Below are positions 22,333 to 30,474 of a stretch of 64,000 bases of DNA, in pieces (position 1 is the first letter of the stretch; the number at the start of each line of letters is the position of its first letter). The notes below the pieces were generated by a model. It was not told the DNA's origin and did not search any database. It worked only from the letters and a program-made list of their open reading frames with translations. Source of the DNA: Treponemataceae bacterium (GTDB taxonomy: Bacteria > Spirochaetota > Spirochaetia > Treponematales > Rectinemataceae); assembly GCA_963677895.2 (NCBI GenBank), contig CAXXGJ010000038.1:64001-128000 (forward strand). Reading direction: 5' to 3'. The translations under genes and the position numbers were made by a program.

Positions 22333-24077
22333 CAACCTATGACCTTACGGATATCAGCTTCGATCGCCGAGATTTTGTCTTTTGTCTGAAGCCGCGCCGC
22401 CTCGATTCCGATAGCTTCGGCATCGGTTTGGCAGAGAATATAATATTTGATCTTGGGCTCGGTGCCGGAAGGCCTTACCGTCACGAAGGTTCCGTCTCGC
22501 AAGCGCCACTGAACAACATCACTTTCGGGCAGGTCGATCGCGCGATACGCGGTTGATCCGACATCCCATTCCTTCCCTGTCTGGATGTCGCGAATGCTCA
22601 CGACAGGAATCCCTCCGAGGGCGATAGGCTGCTTGTGTCTGTAGTTATTCATGATCCCCGACATCGTCTCCATGCCAGCTGGACCCTGGAAATACTTGCT
22701 TATGCCCTTTTCCTCGTAGTAGCCGAATTCGGCGTAGAGTTCGTCCAGCCTGTCGAGGAGGCTTTTCCCTTTCGAGCGCCAGTAGAGCGTCATTTCGGCG
22801 GTGAGCGCGGCGGCCGAGATGCCATCCTTGTCGCGGACTTCAGTCTCTATGAGGTGACCGTAGCTTTCCTCGGTGCCGTAGATAAAATTTTTGCCTTCGG
22901 CTTCGAACTTGCGCATGATCTCCGCTATCCACTTGAAGCCGGTCAGGCATTCGCGGCACTCGACGTTGTATTTGGCGGCTATGGCCGTCTGGAAATTTGT
23001 GGTCACTATGCTTTTGACGCAGGCGGGGCGGGGGGGCATTTTCCCGAATTCGGCGAGCGAGGAAAGGATATAGTCGAGGTGGAGAGCGCCGAGCTGATTG
23101 CCTGTGACGAGGACGAATACCCCGCTTTTATCCGGGACGGCGATGCCCAGCCTGTCCGCGTCGGGGTCGGTCGCCATGACGACATCGGCCTTTTCTTTCA
23201 TTCCCAGGTCGATGGCCATCTTGAGCGCGGCAGGCTCCTCGGGATTGGGGAAGGAAACCGTCGGAAACTCCCCATTTGGCTGCCGCTGTTCCGGTACCGT
23301 CAGGATATTGAGCCCCAATTCGCCCATTATACGCTCGAAGAGCATGGCGCCCGTGCCGTGGAGGGGCGTATAGACTACCTTGACCGAAGAGGCTTCCTTC
23401 TTGATGAGGGCGGGACGAAGCAGCTTGGATTTCACCATGGCCACATAGGCATCGTCGATCCTGGAATCCAGAATGACGAGAAGGCCTTTTTCGAGGGCTT
23501 TGTCCTTCTCCATGGTCCCGACTTTCTTGACCGCCTGGACCTTTTCGATGATGCCGACATCGTGAGGGGGAACTACCTGGGAACCATCGTTCCAATATGC
23601 CTTATAGCCGTTATATTGCGGAGGATTATGGCTCGCCGTGACGACGACGCCCGTGTCGGCGCCTAGTTGGCGAATGGCGAAGGAGAGCTCCGGGGTAGGC
23701 CTCAGCGAAGGGAAAAGATAGGCTTTTATGCCGTTGGCGGCAAAAACGAGGGCTGTGGCCAGGGCAAAATCCGCCGAGCGGCGTCTGGAGTCGTACGCTA
23801 TGCAGGCGGAGAGAGCCTTCGCGGGGAATTGGCCCTTAAGGTAATCGCAGAGTCCCTGCGTGGCTCTCGTCACGACGAGCGTGTTCATGCGGTTGTAGCC
23901 GCCGCCAATGACGCCCCTGAGCCCGCCGGTGCCGAATTCCAGGTCGCGGTAGAATCTATCCTCCAGCTCCTTATCGTCGTTCCTAAGAAGAAGATCCTTC
24001 ACTTCGGAGGCAAACTGGACGTCTTTTTCCTGGGCTGCGTATTCTCTGGCTCTCTCGAGCAAGGCTGATCTTTCCAT
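22332..24077 (-). CDS. pgm: phosphoglucomutase/phosphomannomutase
   Basis: FGTGGLRG, TASHNP, DPDADR, EESYG, RPSGTEPKIK. Confidence 0.95.
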   Translation of the reverse strand: MERSALLERAREYAAQEKDVQFASEVKDLLLRNDDKELEDRFYRDLEFGTGGLRGVIGGGYNRMNTLVVTRATQGLCDYLKGQFPAKALSACIAYDSRRRSADFALATALVFAANGIKAYLFPSLRPTPELSFAIRQLGADTGVVVTASHNPPQYNGYKAYWNDGSQVVPPHDVGIIEKVQAVKKVGTMEKDKALEKGLLVILDSRIDDAYVAMVKSKLLRPALIKKEASSVKVVYTPLHGTGAMLFERIMGELGLNILTVPEQRQPNGEFPTVSFPNPEEPAALKMAIDLGMKEKADVVMATDPDADRLGIAVPDKSGVFVLVTGNQLGALHLDYILSSLAEFGKMPPRPACVKSIVTTNFQTAIAAKYNVECRECLTGFKWIAEIMRKFEAEGKNFIYGTEESYGHLIETEVRDKDGISAAALTAEMTLYWRSKGKSLLDRLDELYAEFGYYEEKGISKYFQGPAGMETMSGIMNNYRHKQPIALGGIPVVSIRDIQTGKEWDVGSTAYRAIDLPESDVVQWRLRDGTFVTVRPSGTEPKIKYYILCQTDAEAIGIEAARLQTKDKISAIEADIRKVIG

Positions 24078-24223
24078 AAGCGCTCCTCCATACCCTCATC
24101 AGGCTCTTGGGCCGGCCTACAGCGAGTATAAATAATTCAGGCCTTTTGCGCAATCAATATGGTTGCCGCGCTCAGCGGGACGCATGTGTCTCGAAGGAAA
24201 GGCGGAAAGCCCGCGGCCTGGCT

Positions 24224-24886
24224 CTAAAGATAACGCAGAAGATCGCCGGGGGTTTCCAAAATTCCCGCCGCGCCGTTCTCAAGGAGCTCCTCGATGGCGC
24301 GGAATCCCCAGGACGCGCCCAAAGGGAGCATGCCGCTGGCCTGGCCGGTACGCATGTCCACGCCGGAATCGCCTACGAAAGCCCACCTGGAAGGGAGAAT
24401 CCCGGAATGCGCGGCTATGGCAAGCGCGCTGGAAGGATCCGGCTTGCGCGGCACGCCGGGCCGGTCGCCCATCACGGCGATGAAGGAAATGTCGGGGAAT
24501 AAGGCAGAAACCATCGCTTTGGTCATCACGTCGGGTTTGTTGGAAAGGACGGCGCAGGGGGTTTTTCTCTCGCGCAGTGAGTCAAGCAGCTCCACGATTC
24601 CCGGATAGGGTTTCGTGGTGTCGAGGGCCATGAGAGAATAGGCAGAGGCCGCCTCGTCCAGGAGTCTATGGAATAGCGCTTCATTCCCGGCAGTCTCTTG
24701 GGGCAGAGCCCGCCGCATAAGCGTTGTGAAACCGTTGCCGACCATGTTCTTGAGCGTGGGGATCGAATGTTCAGGAAAACCATGGGCGGAGAGGACAGAG
24801 TTCACCGCCCGGCCCAAATCGCCGATCGTGTCGGCAAGCGTGCCGTCCAGGTCGAAAATAGCGGCTTGAATGGATGTATGCGTCAA
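24224..24886 (-). CDS. HAD-family hydrolase (phosphoglycolate phosphatase-like)
   Basis: FDLDGTL, SNK, KPDP, VGDSGVD, WGFR. Confidence 0.92.
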   Translation of the reverse strand: MTHTSIQAAIFDLDGTLADTIGDLGRAVNSVLSAHGFPEHSIPTLKNMVGNGFTTLMRRALPQETAGNEALFHRLLDEAASAYSLMALDTTKPYPGIVELLDSLRERKTPCAVLSNKPDVMTKAMVSALFPDISFIAVMGDRPGVPRKPDPSSALAIAAHSGILPSRWAFVGDSGVDMRTGQASGMLPLGASWGFRAIEELLENGAAGILETPGDLLRYL

Positions 24887-24967
24887 AATATGCCCCCGCG
24901 AATTGTATGCGAGGGCACTCTAGCAATGAATCGCGACAGCGTCAATTCCGCGGATTCAAACGCCGAA

Positions 24968-25321
24968 TCAGCCCGGGTTTCCGTCTCCGTCGAGATCAGC
25001 GTCCTGGCCGCCGGCGAGCTTGAAGGCCGATTCCTTCTCCGCTATCTCCCTCTCGACGTTCTTGAGCTGTTCAATGATTGGAGCGATGCCCTCGGAGTAG
25101 GTCCCGATCATAGGTTCTCCCTTTTCCACGAGGAGCTCGTAAACCCCGGCGCCCAGCTTCGCGGTGAGGGATTGGGCCTTGGCGCGAAGCTGCAGGATCT
25201 CGAGCCTCAGCTTGCCTTTTTCGCCCCAGACCTGTGCCTGCGAACCTGCCTTGTTCAAGAAATCCTTCGATGAGTCAAAGCTCTTTTCAAAAAAATCCTT
25301 CATTTTATCGGAAAATGTCAT
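24968..25321 (-). CDS. hypothetical helical/coiled-coil protein
   Basis: GGAGGG SD before ATG 25321; amphipathic helical sequence. Confidence 0.7.
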   Translation of the reverse strand: MTFSDKMKDFFEKSFDSSKDFLNKAGSQAQVWGEKGKLRLEILQLRAKAQSLTAKLGAGVYELLVEKGEPMIGTYSEGIAPIIEQLKNVEREIAEKESAFKLAGGQDADLDGDGNPG

Positions 25322-25408
25322 TTTTCCCTCCACGATATAAAAATACGCAATTCCCGCGATGACAGCAACCTCCGATTTGGATATATTTTCAGCAATGGGA
25401 GGCGCTCT

Positions 25409-26326
25409 ATGACCCTGTTCCTTGCCGCTTTCATATTGGCATGCCTGTGGTGGGCCGGTTTTGCGTTCATTTCGCTCTCCCGCAAGCAGCTGCCGGTCTT
25501 TTTGTTCCTTCTGGCTTCGGGGCTCGTCTGGGCCGCCGCGACATTCACACTCGGCTATTGGGGCGATCCAATGGCCTTAATTCTCTTCACGGTGCCCGTG
25601 CTCGTCATGATCCCCATGATGAGAATCATCAACGAATACCAGCGAGGCGTACTTTTCAGATTGGGACGCATGATGGCCGTCGTCGGACCCGGCTTCAACC
25701 TGGTGCTTCCTTTTGGCCTCGATGTGATGAGGAAAGTCGATATGCGGACCTTCACCATCGACGTGCCAAAACAGGAAGTGATCACGCGCGACAACGTGCC
25801 CGTCCTCGTCGATGCCGTGGTCTACTTCAACGTTTTCGATCCCACGCTCGCGGTTAACAAGGTGGCGGACTACACGAAGAGCACCAGCCTCCTTTCGCAG
25901 ACCATACTCCGCTCCGTACTCGGTCAGCACGATCTCGACGAGATGCTGGCGAAGAGGGCCGAACTGGGACAAAAACTCAAGCTGCTGCTCGACGAAGCCA
26001 CCGATCCCTGGGGAATCAAGGTGACGGCCGTTGAGATAAAGGCCGTGGAACTCGCCGAGACGATGAAGCGGGCCATGGCGAGGCAGGCCGAGGCCGAACG
26101 CGAGCGTCGGGCCAAGATCATCGCCGCCGAAGGCGAACTCCAGGCGAGCGAAAAGCTTTCCCAGGCGGCGACCGTGATGGCCGCGGCGCCTACCTCCATG
26201 CAGCTTCGCTACCTCCAGACGCTTTCGGAGATTGCCGTGGAGAAAAACTCCACGATTATCTTCCCCTTGCCCATGGAATTGCTGAATCATCTCATGCCCG
26301 CGCTGAAGGAGCCCCCTAAACCATGA
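25409..26326 (+). CDS. SPFH/stomatin (slipin) family membrane protein
   Basis: EYQRGVLFRLGR, QEVITRDNV, DPWGIKV, AMARQAEAERERRAKII, QLRYLQTL. Confidence 0.96.
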   Translation: MTLFLAAFILACLWWAGFAFISLSRKQLPVFLFLLASGLVWAAATFTLGYWGDPMALILFTVPVLVMIPMMRIINEYQRGVLFRLGRMMAVVGPGFNLVLPFGLDVMRKVDMRTFTIDVPKQEVITRDNVPVLVDAVVYFNVFDPTLAVNKVADYTKSTSLLSQTILRSVLGQHDLDEMLAKRAELGQKLKLLLDEATDPWGIKVTAVEIKAVELAETMKRAMARQAEAERERRAKIIAAEGELQASEKLSQAATVMAAAPTSMQLRYLQTLSEIAVEKNSTIIFPLPMELLNHLMPALKEPPKP

Positions 26327-26790
26327 AATGTCCACACTGCGGCAGCCTCGATGACAAGGTCATCGATTCCAGGAGCCTCGCCAATGGAGAAGCCATCCGG
26401 CGCAGGAGAGAATGCCTCTCCTGCAACCTCCGTTTCACGAGCTACGAGCGCATAGAGGAAAAGCCCCTCATGGTCGTCAAGCGCGACGGGAGGCGCGAGC
26501 CCTTCGAGCGGAGCAAAATCGAGCGCGGCTTGATACGTTCGCTTGAAAAAAGACCGATCTCCCAAATGTCCATTGAAAACTTCATTAACGAGATCGAGGA
26601 CGAAGCCGCCCAGCTGGCCAAAACCAGCAACGAGATATCGAGCGAAGCGATCGGCAGCATGGTGCTCCGCAGACTGTACGACCTGGATAAGGTCGCGTAT
26701 ATTCGCTTTGCTTCCGTCTACAGGAAATACGAAACCGCCGGGGAGTTTATTCGCGAAATTGAAGCGTTGGGAATGGACGTCGAAAAATAG
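26323..26790 (+). CDS. nrdR: transcriptional repressor NrdR
   Basis: MKCPHC...VIDSR...IRRRRECLSC..RFTSYER, ATP cone, VAYIRFASVY. Confidence 0.98.
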   Translation: MKCPHCGSLDDKVIDSRSLANGEAIRRRRECLSCNLRFTSYERIEEKPLMVVKRDGRREPFERSKIERGLIRSLEKRPISQMSIENFINEIEDEAAQLAKTSNEISSEAIGSMVLRRLYDLDKVAYIRFASVYRKYETAGEFIREIEALGMDVEK

Positions 26791-26852
26791 AATCCTGACG
26801 CTAGACGGATTCTCGAGCCTTCACCTACTCCTTGCGCCGCAGCGATAAACGA

Positions 26853-26889
26853 TTAACGCAATCTTAACCGGTATAGAACCTGCCTTAAC
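26853..26889 (+). promoter_or_regulatory. phased TTAAC direct repeats, candidate KdpE (OmpR-family) site
   Basis: TTAAC at 26853, 26864 and 26885, plus AGAAC at 26875 (11/11/10-bp spacing), upstream of trkA. Confidence 0.55.
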
Positions 26890-26952
26890 AAGCTCTCTAT
26901 TCATCAATGAAGACTCTCCTCGATACATTTAAAGCAACAAGGGGAGGGGAAT

Positions 26953-27582
26953 ATGTTCGTACTCATTGCCGGAAGTGGAAGGCTAGGCGTCGGTCTCGCG
27001 AGGGCGATGTCCTCGCGACAGGACGATGTAGTCATAGTGGATTCTGGCCTCAAACAAGAAAGGGTGGGCGAGGGATTTGACGGACTTGTCGTGGATGGCG
27101 ATCCCATGGACATGGAAGTTCTGGAGCGATCGGGGGCAAGGAACGCGGCGCTCTTCATCGCGGCTACCGCGGACGACAATGTGAATATTTGCTGTGCGCA
27201 GGCGGCTAAAGTCCTTTTCGGCGTTAAAGAAGTACTTGCGAGAATCGCCGATCCCGAGCGGGAAGCCTTTTACCGCGAATTGGGAATGAATACCGTCTGT
27301 CCCACCATAACGGGAATCAACCAGGTTCTGGAACTCATACTCAACGATAGGTACGATGTCCTCAGCGCTAGCATTGATCCTGCGTTTCTCTGCGTACATC
27401 CTCCAGAAACCTGGCTTGGTATGCCCTTTTCCAGCGTGAAACCGCCGGTAAAGATGAAAATAGTCGGTCTTCTGAAGGAAGGCCGCCTTGCGAAGATCGC
27501 GGGAAAGGAAATCGTCCGTCGGAACGATACGGTCATCATCGCCAGAGCGAAGGAGAAAGGAGGGCGCTTATGGATCGCGTGA
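26953..27582 (+). CDS. trkA: TrkA/KtrA-family RCK protein (1)
   Basis: IAGSGRLG Rossmann motif, ATADDNVN, VCPT. Confidence 0.92.
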   Translation: MFVLIAGSGRLGVGLARAMSSRQDDVVIVDSGLKQERVGEGFDGLVVDGDPMDMEVLERSGARNAALFIAATADDNVNICCAQAAKVLFGVKEVLARIADPEREAFYRELGMNTVCPTITGINQVLELILNDRYDVLSASIDPAFLCVHPPETWLGMPFSSVKPPVKMKIVGLLKEGRLAKIAGKEIVRRNDTVIIARAKEKGGRLWIA

Positions 27583-28238
27583 TAGTGATCGGCGCCGGCA
27601 AAGTGGGATTTCATCTGGCCAAGGTACTATGCGCTTCAGATTACGAAGTCGTGCTCGTAGAGCGTGAGGATGCAAGAGGATCGGCGATCGCCGAAATGCT
27701 CGAGGTAAAAGTGTTCTGCGGAGACGGAAGCGACCTGCTCATACTAAAAGACGCGGGCGCCGAGCAGGCGATGTACCTTGTCGCCGTGACGGGAAGCGAT
27801 GCGGACAATCTCGTGGCTTGCCAGATTGCCAAGGAACATTTCCATGTACCGCACACCATAGCCAGGGTGATAGATCCTAATAACGAAAAGCTTTTTCGGT
27901 CTCTTGGCGTGGATGCCGTCATCAGCACGACGGCCTTGGCCGCGACGACCATCGGCAACGTGCTTCCATCGAATGGCCTGCGGCTTACCTCAATTTTCGA
28001 CCGAGGAGATGTCGAGCTGGCCGAGATGAGCCTCGCGGAAGATTCGCCTGTGGTTGGGCAGCCGGTTTCGGAGCTGCACTTGCCCGATGACTGCCTTCTC
28101 GTCGCCATATTGCGCGGCGATACGGTCTCGCTGCCGAGAGGTCGCAGCGTACTGCAGCCGATGGACAGGGTGTTCGCCGTGGCGCGCCGCAGCGCGGCGC
28201 CCGCGCTGCGGCGCGCCCTCATGGGGGGAAAGGAATGA
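27570..28238 (+). CDS. trkA: TrkA/KtrA-family RCK protein (2)
   Basis: IGAGKVG, GDGS, VTGSDADNL; RCK-C motif SPVVG..V.EL.LP...LLVAILR. Confidence 0.94.
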   Translation: MDRVIVIGAGKVGFHLAKVLCASDYEVVLVEREDARGSAIAEMLEVKVFCGDGSDLLILKDAGAEQAMYLVAVTGSDADNLVACQIAKEHFHVPHTIARVIDPNNEKLFRSLGVDAVISTTALAATTIGNVLPSNGLRLTSIFDRGDVELAEMSLAEDSPVVGQPVSELHLPDDCLLVAILRGDTVSLPRGRSVLQPMDRVFAVARRSAAPALRRALMGGKE

Positions 28239-28375
28239 AACGGAGCCTCGTGAAAAGACGCTCGTTTTCTCCCCTCATTATAGGTGTGCTCGCCGAGATA
28301 GGCTACGCCGCGGCTATCGGCGCGATTGGTATTCTCGTCTGCGCGTCGGCTCTTCTCGTGTCGGGGGTCCTATGA
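28235..28375 (+). CDS. 46-aa single-pass membrane peptide (not in ORF track)
   Basis: MKRSLVKRRSFSPLIIGVLAEIGYAAAIGAIGILVCASALLVSGVL. ATGA overlaps with the trkA2 stop and the trkH start; purine-rich SD upstream. Confidence 0.7.
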   Translation: MKRSLVKRRSFSPLIIGVLAEIGYAAAIGAIGILVCASALLVSGVL

Positions 28376-29880
28376 AATCTTCGCCGAGGTGGAGGGATCT
28401 CGGAATTGTCCTCCACTACACGGGTAAAATCCTCGCGGGTTTTTCTTTTCTTTGCCTCATTCCTGCGCTGACGTCCCTCTTTGCCGGCGAATTCGTGCCA
28501 GCCGTGGATTTTTTGTTGAGTTTCGGCGCGATACTGACCGTCGGCGCCTGCCTTGCGGTCTTTTTTCGGAATGGAAGCAGGCCTGGATGGATGCATGGCA
28601 TGGCTACGGCGGGCATTTCATGGCTTGCCGCGATGGTCGTGTCGGCGCTTCCGTATTGGCTGTCCGGACACTACCTCTCCTATCTCGATGCCATGTTCGA
28701 TGTCATGAGTGGGCTTACGACGACGGGGCTCACGCTCATACAGGACCTCGACCACGTCTCTATTGGGCTGAACATGTGGCGTCATCTGCTCACCTTCGTA
28801 GGCGGGCAGGGGATCATCGTCCTGGCATTGGCGCTCTTTGTCGATGGCAGCGGCGGAGGCTATGGTTTCTATGTGGGCGAAGGGAAGGATGAAAGGCTTT
28901 TTCCTAGTGTCATGCACACGGCGAAAGCCATATGGAGAATCAGCTTTCTCTATCTCGCGGTCGGCACCGCCGCGTTTTGGCTGGCGGGGATGTCGATCGG
29001 ACTCTCACCGATTAGGGCATTCCTGCACGGGCTTTGGATATATATGGCGGCGTGGAGCACTGGAGGATTCGCCCCGATGTCCCAAAATGTGCTCTACTAT
29101 CACAGCGCGCTCTATGAGGCGATCACTTTTATTTTCTTCGTGGTGGGCTCCTTCAACTTCGCGCTCCACGCGGCGGTACTCAAGGGGAACCGGAAAGAAC
29201 TGGTTAAAAATATTGAGACTATTTCCTTCGGCACGACGCTCTGTCTCCTCACGATGCTCGCGTGCTGGGGATTGGTGAAGCTTCACGTCTACCCGGATTT
29301 GGTGACCCTTATCAGGAAGGGCTTTTATCAGCTTGCCTCGGCGCATACGACAACCGGATTCATGACGATCTATCCCCGGCAGTTCGCGACCGAATGGGGC
29401 GATCTCGCCCTTCTCGCCGTGATTGTGGCAATGATGATAGGGGGAAGCGCATGTTCCACGGCCGGCGGGTTCAAGGGACTTCGCGTTGGTATTCTCTTTA
29501 AGGCAATCATCCAGGATACTAAACGTCTCCTCAGGCCTAGCTCGTCGGTCGTGGTGCAGAAATACAGCTATCATGGCGTCCGTACCCTCGGCGAGCAGCA
29601 AGTGAGGGGAGCCGCGCTTGTGGTTCTCATGTATGTGGGCATATTCGCCTTCGCCACGGCGGCGGGCTGTCTCGCCGGCTTTCCCTTTCTCGAAGCGGCA
29701 TTCGAATCGGCATCCGTGACAGGAAACGTCGGCCTCAGCATTGGGGTGACGACAGCCTCGACTCCTATGGGCCTAAAGCTCGTCTACATTTTTAACATGT
29801 GGGCTGGCAGACTCGAGTTCATGGCGGTTCTGGCTTCGGCGGGGTTCGTGGCGTCGCTATTCGGGAAGAGGAAGTTATGA
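28372..29880 (+). CDS. trkH: TrkH-family potassium uptake membrane protein
   Basis: Four filter motifs TTTGLT, STGGFA, TTTGF, GNVGLS; GGSACSTAGGFK; GRLEF. Confidence 0.96.
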   Translation: MKSSPRWRDLGIVLHYTGKILAGFSFLCLIPALTSLFAGEFVPAVDFLLSFGAILTVGACLAVFFRNGSRPGWMHGMATAGISWLAAMVVSALPYWLSGHYLSYLDAMFDVMSGLTTTGLTLIQDLDHVSIGLNMWRHLLTFVGGQGIIVLALALFVDGSGGGYGFYVGEGKDERLFPSVMHTAKAIWRISFLYLAVGTAAFWLAGMSIGLSPIRAFLHGLWIYMAAWSTGGFAPMSQNVLYYHSALYEAITFIFFVVGSFNFALHAAVLKGNRKELVKNIETISFGTTLCLLTMLACWGLVKLHVYPDLVTLIRKGFYQLASAHTTTGFMTIYPRQFATEWGDLALLAVIVAMMIGGSACSTAGGFKGLRVGILFKAIIQDTKRLLRPSSSVVVQKYSYHGVRTLGEQQVRGAALVVLMYVGIFAFATAAGCLAGFPFLEAAFESASVTGNVGLSIGVTTASTPMGLKLVYIFNMWAGRLEFMAVLASAGFVASLFGKRKL

Positions 29881-30413
29881 AAAAAGATACTTCATTAAGA
29901 AGCCTGATCCTCATTTTGTTTATGCTTGCTATGGCACTTGCCCCGACGGCGGCCGAATCGGGACCGGGTTTTTTAGCTGCCGTCCCAGCCATTCACCTCT
30001 CCGATATCGTTGAAAAGGCTTCAGCATACGATGGAGCGAAAGTCGCGATAGAGGGCGAGATTATCGGCGACGTGATGGCGAGAGGCGATCATTCGTGGAT
30101 CAATATCCTGGACAGCGGGACAGCCGTGGGCGTATGGGTGGGAAAGAACCGACTGCCTGAAATTGCGTATTTCGGAAACTATGGAGCCATAGGTGACAGG
30201 GTGTACATAACCGGCATCATGCACAGGGCATGCCCGGAGCATGGCGGCGATCTGGATATTCATGCCGAAACGATTGAACTTGTTAAAAAAGGCATACCGA
30301 TTTCTCATCCGCTCGACCTGAAGCGCCTTGGCGCCGCGATGGCGTTCAGTGTTTCTGGTATACTGCTCGCGATTTTGTGGTGGAAACGGGAAAGGCAGGA
30401 AAAAAGATCGTGA
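29877..30413 (+). CDS. exported, C-terminally anchored OB-fold-like protein
   Basis: Signal peptide; YDGAKVAIEGEIIG...GDRVYITG OB-like pattern; CPEHGGDLDIH; C-terminal TM and basic tail; ATGA overlap with trkH. Confidence 0.75.
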   Translation: MKKDTSLRSLILILFMLAMALAPTAAESGPGFLAAVPAIHLSDIVEKASAYDGAKVAIEGEIIGDVMARGDHSWINILDSGTAVGVWVGKNRLPEIAYFGNYGAIGDRVYITGIMHRACPEHGGDLDIHAETIELVKKGIPISHPLDLKRLGAAMAFSVSGILLAILWWKRERQEKRS

Positions 30414-30474
30414 GCAAGGTTTCAAATGTCTTGCTACACTTATCTCAATGCGCAATAGTTATCGGGGAGCAAAG

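Noticed and set aside
28054..28371. N-terminal extension of TrkH given by the ORF track (608 aa)
   Set aside because: It overlaps trkA2 and the 46-aa peptide; the ATG at 28372 gives a normal-length TrkH.
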